DNA of 56,688 nucleotides from an uncultured Anaerolineae bacterium (GTDB lineage Bacteria; Chloroflexota; Anaerolineae; Aggregatilineales; J027): contig CAZKZS010000002.1 in NCBI GenBank assembly GCA_964557285.1, forward strand, positions 1-56,688, in the 5' to 3' direction. Shown in pieces: positions 48,609 through 56,394 of this stretch (position 1 is its first letter; each line of letters opens with the position of its first letter). The notes below the pieces were generated by a model. That model saw nothing but the letters and a program-made list of their open reading frames with translations, searched no databases and was not told the DNA's origin. The position numbers were made by a program, and so were the translations under genes.

Positions 48609-48917
48609 ATGACTGTTTTACGTGACATGTTTTTGAACCACATCGAAGGCGAGGTTCAGCCCTTTGAGGTGCTGGACACAAGCGACGACACGCGCTACGC
48701 ACTGGCGACGGAATACATCGACGACCTTGATGAGTGGGTGTGGCACATCTGCCAGGTCACCGCAGACGGCGAGTATGAGCCGGTCGAAACCCTGGTCAAC
48801 GAAGAGGCTGCCCTCGACCTCTGGACGTTGTATGCGGAGGGCGTGCAGGAAGACGAGGAAGCCGCGCAGCGCACCCTCTGGGAGGCGGTCGCGGATTTCG
48901 TGGGGTCGCTGCTGTGA
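48609..48917 (+). CDS. Highly acidic small protein
   Basis: 102 aa with many D/E. SD AGAAAGAAGG. It is the first gene after P10. Confidence 0.6.
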   Translation: MTVLRDMFLNHIEGEVQPFEVLDTSDDTRYALATEYIDDLDEWVWHICQVTADGEYEPVETLVNEEAALDLWTLYAEGVQEDEEAAQRTLWEAVADFVGSLL

Positions 48918-49105
48918 TTACCCACGAGGACTTTCCCCTCTTTTCGGTCGTGAGCCTGGTTGAGGGAGCGCAGGTCGTCGCCCAGGGCGATTACCTGGGC
49001 ACCCTCCAGGCATTTGAGGACGACGCGCCGGTGCAGCTGGCGCTGGTGCAGGTCGCGCCCGGCCGCGTCGTGGTTCATCCAGTCGAACAGGTGGTGCTGA
49101 CATGA
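48914..49105 (+). CDS. Small hypothetical protein
   Basis: The GTG start overlaps the upstream stop. 63 aa. Confidence 0.4.
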   Translation: MITHEDFPLFSVVSLVEGAQVVAQGDYLGTLQAFEDDAPVQLALVQVAPGRVVVHPVEQVVLT

Positions 49106-49479
49106 TTTTGCAGTTTACGAGTCTCAAGGAGTTCGCGGAATACACGCGCTGGTCGGGCGGATACGTCCATGTTGGCATGGACGGCTGGCTGGAAGTGCGG
49201 TCGTACCAGTCGACGCTGGCCTACATCCAGCTGAAGAACACAATACGGGCGCAGCGGGCACAGAAAGCCCTGACCCGCCAGCGATGGTACGGCAAGATGC
49301 GGAACGGCTGGGGAGAGGGCTTCCCCTGGGAGTTAAGGCGTGCCCGGTTTTTCGGGGTGCTGGCGCTGCGGCGCACCCTGCGCGACCCACGTCCCCACTT
49401 CCAGCACTGCCACGTGGACGAGCCGCTGACCCGCCTGCATGAGGGTATGGCCGCTTTCAGAAAGGAGCTTGAGGCATGA
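49102..49479 (+). CDS. Hypothetical protein, paralog pair member 1
   Basis: Shares LQLKN and ARFFGVLALRR..DPRP with the next gene. Confidence 0.55.
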   Translation: MILQFTSLKEFAEYTRWSGGYVHVGMDGWLEVRSYQSTLAYIQLKNTIRAQRAQKALTRQRWYGKMRNGWGEGFPWELRRARFFGVLALRRTLRDPRPHFQHCHVDEPLTRLHEGMAAFRKELEA

Positions 49480-49949
49480 ATAAGGAATTTGGGAGTATCA
49501 AGGCGCTGGTGGCGTATTTCGACTGGGGCTGCGGCCGCAAGGCGCGGATCACAACCAAAGATGGCCTGGTGACCGTCTTTGTCGACGGCGAGCCGAGGGC
49601 ACATCTCCAGCTGAAGAACCCGGCGCGTGGTTTTCGGCTGATGAAGGTGCTGGGCAAGCGTGCGCGGTATCTGGCGATGCGGGGTGCTGTAGAAGGCAGT
49701 GTCCCTTATTCTGCGCGTGAGTATGCGCGGGCACAGTTTTTCGGGGTGCTGGCGCTGAAACGTGACGTACCGGACCCGCGCCTGCCCTGGAGCGTCCGAC
49801 CCTCGGAAGTCCACGACAACTCGTATTCGATTTTCGACAACAGCGCCAAAAACGAGTGGGGCGAGCCGGTCTGCATTTTGGCCGGCGTGACCTACCACGA
49901 AGCGATGCAGTACCTCATGACCTACGGATGGAAAGGGTTGAAGGCATGA
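49476..49949 (+). CDS. Hypothetical protein, paralog pair member 2
   Basis: HLQLKN...AQFFGVLALKRDVPDPRLP. 157 aa. Confidence 0.55.
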   Translation: MNKEFGSIKALVAYFDWGCGRKARITTKDGLVTVFVDGEPRAHLQLKNPARGFRLMKVLGKRARYLAMRGAVEGSVPYSAREYARAQFFGVLALKRDVPDPRLPWSVRPSEVHDNSYSIFDNSAKNEWGEPVCILAGVTYHEAMQYLMTYGWKGLKA

Positions 49950-50386
49950 ACCGGGTAAATGAACCTGCGATTGACATCCTGCTGCTGGGCATTCAGCGCC
50001 GCCGCGCTGCCGGCGTAGAGCGGATTCCCGCCGGGGTGCTGGACTCGCGCCCGTTCTGCCCGCATGGCTGGGACGACCAATGCGATCAGGCGCGGAATCG
50101 CATGAACCGCGCCCGGCAGAAAATCCGCCATCACCTGGCGGCGTACCAGCGAACCCGGCTGGTGAGCGAGCGGGTGGCGGTCCGCACCTGGCGCCAGGAA
50201 CTGGCGGAAGCGGAAGCCCTGTACCACCAGTACATGGCCTTTGTGTACAACGGCTGGCACCGGCAGGACGGCGGGACGTACTTTGAGGTCGCCCGCCGCC
50301 GCTGGAAGCGCTACCTGCTCCACAGGGCCTACAAGCCGCGCAAACCGAACGGTTCGGATCACTTGGGGAGAAGGTCACCATGCTGA
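49946..50386 (+). CDS. Hypothetical protein
   Basis: ATGA overlap at 49946. 146 aa. Confidence 0.5.
   Translation: MNRVNEPAIDILLLGIQRRRAAGVERIPAGVLDSRPFCPHGWDDQCDQARNRMNRARQKIRHHLAAYQRTRLVSERVAVRTWRQELAEAEALYHQYMAFVYNGWHRQDGGTYFEVARRRWKRYLLHRAYKPRKPNGSDHLGRRSPC
50345..50357. repeat. Palindrome copy CCGAACGGTTCGG with flank (CCGAACGGTTCGGATCACTTGGGG)
   Basis: Exact core at the 3' end of 49946..50386, 23 nt upstream of the next ATG. Confidence 0.9.
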
Positions 50387-50820
50387 AAGCACACGACGCG
50401 CAGCTGCCCCCGCTGGGGGCAGTTGGACATATTGAAGACGGCGAAACGCGGGTCGAGGCACCGTGCATCGTCCTGTACTACCGGGGGCGCTATCACATCG
50501 GGGTGCGCTTCCTGGATGACGGGTCAATCCACGAGTACCGGGATGGGGTCTTTATCCCGCTGGCGTGCTGGCGGGACACCCGGCCGAGCGCCCTGACGCT
50601 GGACATGATCGCCCGCATCCGGGCCACGAACCTGCGGGCGGCAGGATGGCCCGCCCATACCCGGCTGTACCGCCGGAACGGGAAGGGCTGGTACCACCTC
50701 ACCTGGGAAGGCGAGTGGCTGTACCGCCAGTTTCGCCGGCCGATCAAAAAGCGAATGCGGCCATACCTGGAAGCGATGGCCGTCTGGGTCGAGCAGGCGG
50801 TTGATGAGGTGCTTCGATGA
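50380..50820 (+). CDS. Hypothetical protein
   Basis: GGGGAGAAGG RBS. 146 aa. Confidence 0.55.
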   Translation: MLKAHDAQLPPLGAVGHIEDGETRVEAPCIVLYYRGRYHIGVRFLDDGSIHEYRDGVFIPLACWRDTRPSALTLDMIARIRATNLRAAGWPAHTRLYRRNGKGWYHLTWEGEWLYRQFRRPIKKRMRPYLEAMAVWVEQAVDEVLR

Positions 50821-51359
50821 CAAAAACGCGACAAAAGGCCCGGCCGTGCGTCCTGTGCGGCGAGCCTACGACGGATTGGGATTACGTGTGCTGGGACTGC
50901 CGGAAGGCGCACAAGCGCGGCACGATGGAAATCCAGCAGGACGCCGAACGCGGCACCTTGCTGCGAAAGGTGTACGGCATACACCGCCACACCAAACTGC
51001 GCTACTCGCCGCTGCCCCCGCTGGATGAGCGGCAGGACTCGGTCACCCTTCTGGGGCTGGTGGCCCGGCTGGCGCAGACCGAATATGTGATGGCCGAAAA
51101 ATCGGCGTTGTGGCAGCGCAGCTACAAACTGGGGCACGTCATTAATCCGGGCCACGAGGACACAGGGAGCAACCGCTTGTTCCTGCTCCTGACCGAGGAT
51201 CAGGCCGCCGCGCTGGAGGAATTGGTGATTTTCCTGCGCCGCTTCTGGAAAGCGGCTTCCCAGGAGGGGGAGCGGCGCGGCACCCATTTCCTGATGCAGA
51301 TGGCGGAAAATCGACTCAGCATCGAGGACATCAACAAGAAAGTGGTAGGTGACCAATGA
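50817..51359 (+). CDS. Hypothetical protein with N-terminal Zn ribbon
   Basis: CVLCG...CWDC. 180 aa. Confidence 0.55.
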   Translation: MTKTRQKARPCVLCGEPTTDWDYVCWDCRKAHKRGTMEIQQDAERGTLLRKVYGIHRHTKLRYSPLPPLDERQDSVTLLGLVARLAQTEYVMAEKSALWQRSYKLGHVINPGHEDTGSNRLFLLLTEDQAAALEELVIFLRRFWKAASQEGERRGTHFLMQMAENRLSIEDINKKVVGDQ

Positions 51360-51928
51360 AACCACGATTTACCCCGGAGGAGTTCTGGCAGCGCTTTTTT
51401 GAGTCGCTGCCGGATGATTGGGAAACCCGCTTTTTGCCGGGCGATCAAGTCGCGCTGGTGCGCGAGGATATGTGGTGGGGAATCCCCATCGGGACGGTCG
51501 GCGAAGTGCGAACCGTCGCCCATCCTGAAGACGCAATGGCTCAGAAGGGACGGCCCTATCATGTGATGTTTGACGTGAGCGCCCATAAAATCCCCATCCC
51601 GGAGCGCGATCTGGCACGGATCCGCGAGGTCTGGCCGGATGCGCCGGCCTATCACCAGAACGTGGGATCGAATTTCGCGCCGCAGGATTTGGTGATGGTG
51701 GCGAAAAAACAGCCCGGCATGGTACCTCTGCCGCAGCTGAAGCAGGCGGTGCTGCGGGCCATCATGAGCCTGAACGTCTCTCCCTACGCGACGAGCTTCT
51801 GGGCGTCGTGGGAAGGGGAGTTCCTGGGCCGGCTGCTCGCCCCGCTGGGACAGGAGGCGCTGAAAGCCCTGGAGCAGCAGTTGGAGGCTGCCGCGCCGCA
51901 CACGGCAATGCTGGTGCTGCGGGTATAG
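51356..51928 (+). CDS. Hypothetical protein
   Basis: ATGA overlap. 190 aa. Confidence 0.55.
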   Translation: MKPRFTPEEFWQRFFESLPDDWETRFLPGDQVALVREDMWWGIPIGTVGEVRTVAHPEDAMAQKGRPYHVMFDVSAHKIPIPERDLARIREVWPDAPAYHQNVGSNFAPQDLVMVAKKQPGMVPLPQLKQAVLRAIMSLNVSPYATSFWASWEGEFLGRLLAPLGQEALKALEQQLEAAAPHTAMLVLRV

Positions 51929-51954
51929 AGAACTGAAAATCGGTGCAGCGAGGA

Positions 51955-51980
51955 CGCGGGTGACAAGCCCGCGTTTTTTT
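51955..51980 (+). terminator. Rho-independent terminator
   Basis: CGCGGG tgacaag CCCGCG followed by T7. Confidence 0.75.
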
Positions 51981-52034
51981 ATTTCGTTAAATTAAATATA
52001 TAATATTTGCATAAGATGTTATGGGAGTAATCTT

Positions 52035-53336
52035 ATGCCACCCGAACGTCGTGAATTTACAGTTCCCAAAGAGAAGGTGCAGGCAGTTATCGAGCAGGGG
52101 AAATCAAAGGGCTGGACACTCATCAGCCAGCAGCAGCAGGATGGCACAGTTTTGCTGACCTTTGAACATCAGGCGGATGCATCTTCACCTCCCACGAAAA
52201 AACCCTTTTGGAAGGGTCCAAACTGGCTTCTTATCGGCATTCTTGTTTTTTGCTGCGTTTTTTGCTGCGGTGGATTTTCTGTTTTCGCTTTGCTCGTAGC
52301 ACCCAGCGATGAAGAGATTGCCGAGATGCAGACCGTAGAAGCACAGGAACGGGCAATGCGAGATACACAGAGAGCGGAGGACAGCGCCACCGAAATCGCT
52401 GCCCAGAACGCCACCGCGACTATCATAGCCCTGACACCAACGGTCACGCTTACATGGACTCCCACCATGACCAATACCCCTTTACCGACTGAGACGCCAA
52501 CCCCCTTGCCACCAACAGCCACCGTGTTTTACGAACCCGCCGCTGATGCTCAAGGACGTGTTCCAGACGATTTTCAGGCCATGATGACGGCGATGGTCGC
52601 CAGAATCCGGGCGGTGGATGGCGTAATAAACGTGTCGCAGCACACTGTCATGTACGACGGGGACAGACCGGATGGATATTTTACAGGGTTCAAGATTGAG
52701 GCCGAAGACGGGGCCAATGAGGACGAACAATTGGTCACGGAAATCCGTCAGGCCATCCGCAATGTATTGTTTGAATTCTACGGCTCATATCCATACTTAG
52801 GGGTGGCGCTCACCGTTAACGACGGCGACGAACTGATATGGACCTGGGGCAGCGATGATGAAATCTGGTTTGCCCAGAACCCCTCCACCGGGGATACGGT
52901 TTTCCACATTGAGCCAACGGTTGTCCCTACTGCCAAGGCAACTCAGTCACTGGATGAAATTGCAAGTTCAATTATCCGCAACACGGTGGGCACAGAACTG
53001 CGCGATAGTGATGTGGAAATGGTAATCGCAAATGATAGAGTAGTCACCCTGCGTTACCACCTGAGAGAGACTGGTCTCCCATTCTTCTATAAACTCCAAG
53101 CAGATACCGATTTTGTCTTACTGGTCTGCAATCTGCGGAAGAACGGCTTCACCACGCAGACCTTTCAATTCTCAGCCGATGCACCGGTTACAGACAGCTT
53201 TGGAAATAAGGTCTATGTAGAAGCGGTAGAGATGATTCTTGCGCCGGAGACTGCCGCCCGTATCAACTGTGATAATCCTAAAGGAGTCGTACTTGAAGAT
53301 ATTGCAGAACGTTATACGGTGAATCTTCCTTACTAA
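52035..53336 (+). CDS. Membrane-anchored protein with Thr/Pro-rich linker (moron gene 1)
   Basis: TM segment WLLIGILVFCCVFCCGGFSVFALLV and linker TPTVTLTWTPTMTNTPLPTETPTPLPPT. Low-G+C codon usage. 433 aa. Confidence 0.65.
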   Translation: MPPERREFTVPKEKVQAVIEQGKSKGWTLISQQQQDGTVLLTFEHQADASSPPTKKPFWKGPNWLLIGILVFCCVFCCGGFSVFALLVAPSDEEIAEMQTVEAQERAMRDTQRAEDSATEIAAQNATATIIALTPTVTLTWTPTMTNTPLPTETPTPLPPTATVFYEPAADAQGRVPDDFQAMMTAMVARIRAVDGVINVSQHTVMYDGDRPDGYFTGFKIEAEDGANEDEQLVTEIRQAIRNVLFEFYGSYPYLGVALTVNDGDELIWTWGSDDEIWFAQNPSTGDTVFHIEPTVVPTAKATQSLDEIASSIIRNTVGTELRDSDVEMVIANDRVVTLRYHLRETGLPFFYKLQADTDFVLLVCNLRKNGFTTQTFQFSADAPVTDSFGNKVYVEAVEMILAPETAARINCDNPKGVVLEDIAERYTVNLPY

Positions 53337-53438
53337 TAAGCCAGCCGGAGCTACAAGACGTGGCCCGCAAACCCGCGTTTTTTTCGTTATGCTGTAAGAG
53401 TGATGTAAAATATAAGCCAGCGGTCAAAGGAGAAGATC

Positions 53439-54245
53439 ATGAAACGTATGCTTATCCTCTCGATCTTAGCAATGCTGCTTATTGCAGGATTTTCTGAAAT
53501 TGGGCAAGCGCAGGAAGGATTTGCCTGCCCACCTGATCGTGCCTGTCCCGAATTGGTGTTTCCTTCAGAGACCATGACAGGGGAGGTGTTCTGGAACGAA
53601 ATCCCGCTGGGCGCGTTCCAGAATCGCGCCTTTTTTGTGGTTGATCCCGGCCCGCAGACTTTGGTCATTCGGAATATTCAGGATGTCGCGGCCCCCGGAT
53701 TTAATCAGCTTTTTGTCTATCAGGAAGTTTCGGTGAGGGTGAACGTCAGAGTTGGACAGACACGCACATACAATCTCAGGCCGCGTCAGCAGTTCATTCG
53801 CGGCACGTTATCCTTGACATGCAACGTTCGTGAATTGGTAGCGGGTGAAAATATTGTCTGCCAGGCGTTTTCTGATGGAGCCTATTTGGGGGACATTGTA
53901 CCCGGCCAGCGTGCGGATTTTGTGATTGACCCTGGGCAACACACCGTTACCGTTCAGCTTGTCGGCGACGTGGCTTTTCGATGGCTGCCGCCTGATGCTC
54001 AGACTGTAAACATTAGTGCGGGCCGCACCGCACGCATCACTGCACGAATCAATAAGAAAGACTATGGTGGACGACGGGGAGCATCCGTCAACTGTGCCGA
54101 CTTTGAAACGGCGATCTGTGATAATTACTCCACTCCCCGCAGCTGCGACGAAGCTGTTGCAATGGGCATCCCAGCCCGTGATGCTGCCTGCTGTTTCCCT
54201 GCGCGTGATGCAGATAAAGACGGCGTAGCCTGTTATGGAGACTAA
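53439..54245 (+). CDS. Secreted protein with C-terminal Excalibur-like Ca-binding domain (moron gene 2)
   Basis: Signal peptide MKRMLILSILAMLLIAGFSEIGQAQ. C-terminus NCADF...CDEAVAMG...RDADKDGVACYG. RBS AAAGGAG. Confidence 0.6.
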   Translation: MKRMLILSILAMLLIAGFSEIGQAQEGFACPPDRACPELVFPSETMTGEVFWNEIPLGAFQNRAFFVVDPGPQTLVIRNIQDVAAPGFNQLFVYQEVSVRVNVRVGQTRTYNLRPRQQFIRGTLSLTCNVRELVAGENIVCQAFSDGAYLGDIVPGQRADFVIDPGQHTVTVQLVGDVAFRWLPPDAQTVNISAGRTARITARINKKDYGGRRGASVNCADFETAICDNYSTPRSCDEAVAMGIPARDAACCFPARDADKDGVACYGD

Positions 54246-54253
54246 AATAAAAA

Positions 54254-54271
54254 TGCTGCCGAGAGGCAGCA
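54254..54271. terminator. Bidirectional hairpin terminator
   Basis: TGCTGCC gaga GGCAGCA. An A-rich run upstream on plus gives a T-run for the converging minus-strand lysis gene. Confidence 0.55.
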
Positions 54272-54336
54272 ACAGCGCAGTGCGGGCATGGCAGCCCATT
54301 TCAATGAAGCCAGGGACAGTAGACTTGAACCGCGTC

Positions 54337-55926
54337 CTAAAGGCTAGGGTTGTTAATCCAGAACTCGCTGCCGAGCACGCTCAGCGCCTCCGCCTGGATT
54401 TTGGTCAGCGCGTTTTCCAGCCGGTTGATCTGGTTGCTCTGTTGGGTCAGCATCGTGTCTTTTTGGGCGATGAGGTCATTGGCCGCTTTAATCCCCGCCT
54501 TCAGCTGGGCGATCTGCGCCTTCAGCACCTCAATGTCCTCCGGGTCCGGGGAGACGGTCGGCAGGGCGGCGCAGCGGCCGGTCACCAGGACGGCCGCTTT
54601 TGCGGAAATCCAGCGGTTTTCCCCGACTTTGTACCACACGGTCGCGGTATCGGGCAGGGTGTATTGGCCGATAGGCTTCACCGACTCGCCGGGCTTCAGG
54701 TGTCCGACGACGGTATCCGGCTGGAACACGCTGACCGGGCGCACCCGGATGTTGATGTCAAAGGTCTGAAGGTTGGTGAGGGTGCATTCGGTGTCCACTG
54801 TTAACGGGCCTTCCAGCTTCAATCGGGTGTCAACGGGTTCACCCTCGGTCGCAAAGTCCATCCAGCCGAGCGGCGGGTTGTCCGCCGTGACGAACTCGGT
54901 CATGTACTGGAGGCAGGGATGGGCCTGCGCGAGCAGTTCCATCTGGACGGATTCCCAGCGGAGCAGGTGCCCCATGAACTCCCCATCGCTCATGCCCGGC
55001 TGCTTAAGGCGCTCCCACACGCCGGATCGGGCGTAGGCTTTGAAGCCGCGCTCCGACGCCTCGTTGCCGAAGCGGTCGCGGAAGCCGTTCGGCCCGGCCA
55101 TGTCCAGGTTGATCTCCGACCAGGCGAAGCGCAGCGTGGACAGGTCATACCCGAAGACATGCTGAAGGAAATACAGCCCGCGCAGCAGCCCGCACAGCGT
55201 CCAGGTTTCAGGCAGATGCTCGCCGTCCCAGATGGCGTAGGTGTTCCAGGGGAGGTCGTCCCAGGTGAGGTTCGGCCAGCGGGCCGCCACATCGACCGCC
55301 TGCCAGCCGGGCAGGTGGCCCGACCAGGGCACGACGGCGGCGTACCCATGCACCAGGAAAATGACGTTTTCCTGGTGGAGCAGCCCGGACTCATGGATGC
55401 GGCGCCAGTACGCCTCGTCATTGTAGGTGCCGATGGACTGGTTGGGGCAGCCCAGCAGCACATCGGGGAAGTCGGTTTTTAACTTCTGCGCGATGGCGAC
55501 CAGCGCGGCGAGTTCGTCCCGTTCGGCGCCCAGTTCGCACCAAGCTTCGATGACGGGGATGCAGTGGCCGTGCCGGGTTTGCAGCAGCGTCAGCTGCGCG
55601 TGCAGGGCCTTGATGAAGGTGTCGGCGATGTACGCGGGCGTGTGGCCCGTTGGGAAGTGGTCGCTGTCAAACAGCGCTCCCTGAGAATCGTCGCGGTAGA
55701 CGCGCATGTGAATATAGGTGCCGGGCTGCATCCGGGGCACCTGCTCCAGGAGCCAGGCGGGAGACAGCTGGGTGCCGGTCATCCCTTTGAGAGCGCGGGG
55801 GCGCCACTCCGCAAGCAGTCGTTCCATATAATCGGCGGGACGCTCGGCATGGAAGGTCGGCGACAGCACGCGCACCTGGCGGGGCGGCAGGACGGGGTTT
55901 TCGATGACGATCAGGCCGTTGGGCAT
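54337..55926 (-). CDS. Lysis-module protein: uncharacterised large N-terminal domain + SH3b-like domain + C-terminal coiled coil (endolysin candidate)
   Basis: ATG at 55924-55926. SH3-like VRPVSVFQPDTVVGHLKPGESVKPIG...VWYKVGENRWISAKAA. Positioned after the holin-like and SH3 genes. No catalytic motif recognised. Confidence 0.4.
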   Translation of the reverse strand: MPNGLIVIENPVLPPRQVRVLSPTFHAERPADYMERLLAEWRPRALKGMTGTQLSPAWLLEQVPRMQPGTYIHMRVYRDDSQGALFDSDHFPTGHTPAYIADTFIKALHAQLTLLQTRHGHCIPVIEAWCELGAERDELAALVAIAQKLKTDFPDVLLGCPNQSIGTYNDEAYWRRIHESGLLHQENVIFLVHGYAAVVPWSGHLPGWQAVDVAARWPNLTWDDLPWNTYAIWDGEHLPETWTLCGLLRGLYFLQHVFGYDLSTLRFAWSEINLDMAGPNGFRDRFGNEASERGFKAYARSGVWERLKQPGMSDGEFMGHLLRWESVQMELLAQAHPCLQYMTEFVTADNPPLGWMDFATEGEPVDTRLKLEGPLTVDTECTLTNLQTFDINIRVRPVSVFQPDTVVGHLKPGESVKPIGQYTLPDTATVWYKVGENRWISAKAAVLVTGRCAALPTVSPDPEDIEVLKAQIAQLKAGIKAANDLIAQKDTMLTQQSNQINRLENALTKIQAEALSVLGSEFWINNPSL

Positions 55927-56393
55927 GGCTGTGATGGCTCCAGATGAATCAGATAGTCGATAGCAACCCACTGGTCAGGCTGGCCGGGGAGTCCGGTGGT
56001 ATCCAGCTTCACATACCGCCAGCCGCGAGCTTCTTTCGCGCTTTGAGGAAGGTAGCGCACGTAGGTCCCGCCGGGCAGCTGGTCAATGACCGCCCCGCCC
56101 GGTGAGGAACGCACGTTGAGGTTGATCCCCGGCCGGACGCAGGCCCGCTGGTAGGGGTCAGGCGTCGCCGTCGGTGCGAGGGTCGCGGTGGCGGTCGGGT
56201 GGGGCGGCAGCCCCTCCGGTGTGGGGGTGTAGGCGAGAACGCCCAGTGCGGCAAGCTGGGTCGACTGCCAGGCGTCGCTGGTTTCGAGATGGCTGAGCCG
56301 ATCCTCGACGCTGGGGGCCGGGCTGGCGCCAAACAGCAGGCGGGCCAGCAGCAGCCCCAGGCTGAGGAGCGCCCAGGCGGCAGGGCGGCGCAT
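55911..56393 (-). CDS. Signal-anchored SH3-domain protein
   Basis: Internal ATG at 56391-56393. MRRPAAWALLSLGLLLARLLFG, a Pro/Thr linker, and an SH3-like VRPGINLNVRSSPGGAVIDQLPGGTYVRY..WRYVKL. Confidence 0.55.
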   Translation of the reverse strand: MRRPAAWALLSLGLLLARLLFGASPAPSVEDRLSHLETSDAWQSTQLAALGVLAYTPTPEGLPPHPTATATLAPTATPDPYQRACVRPGINLNVRSSPGGAVIDQLPGGTYVRYLPQSAKEARGWRYVKLDTTGLPGQPDQWVAIDYLIHLEPSQPCPTA

Positions 56394-56394
56394 G

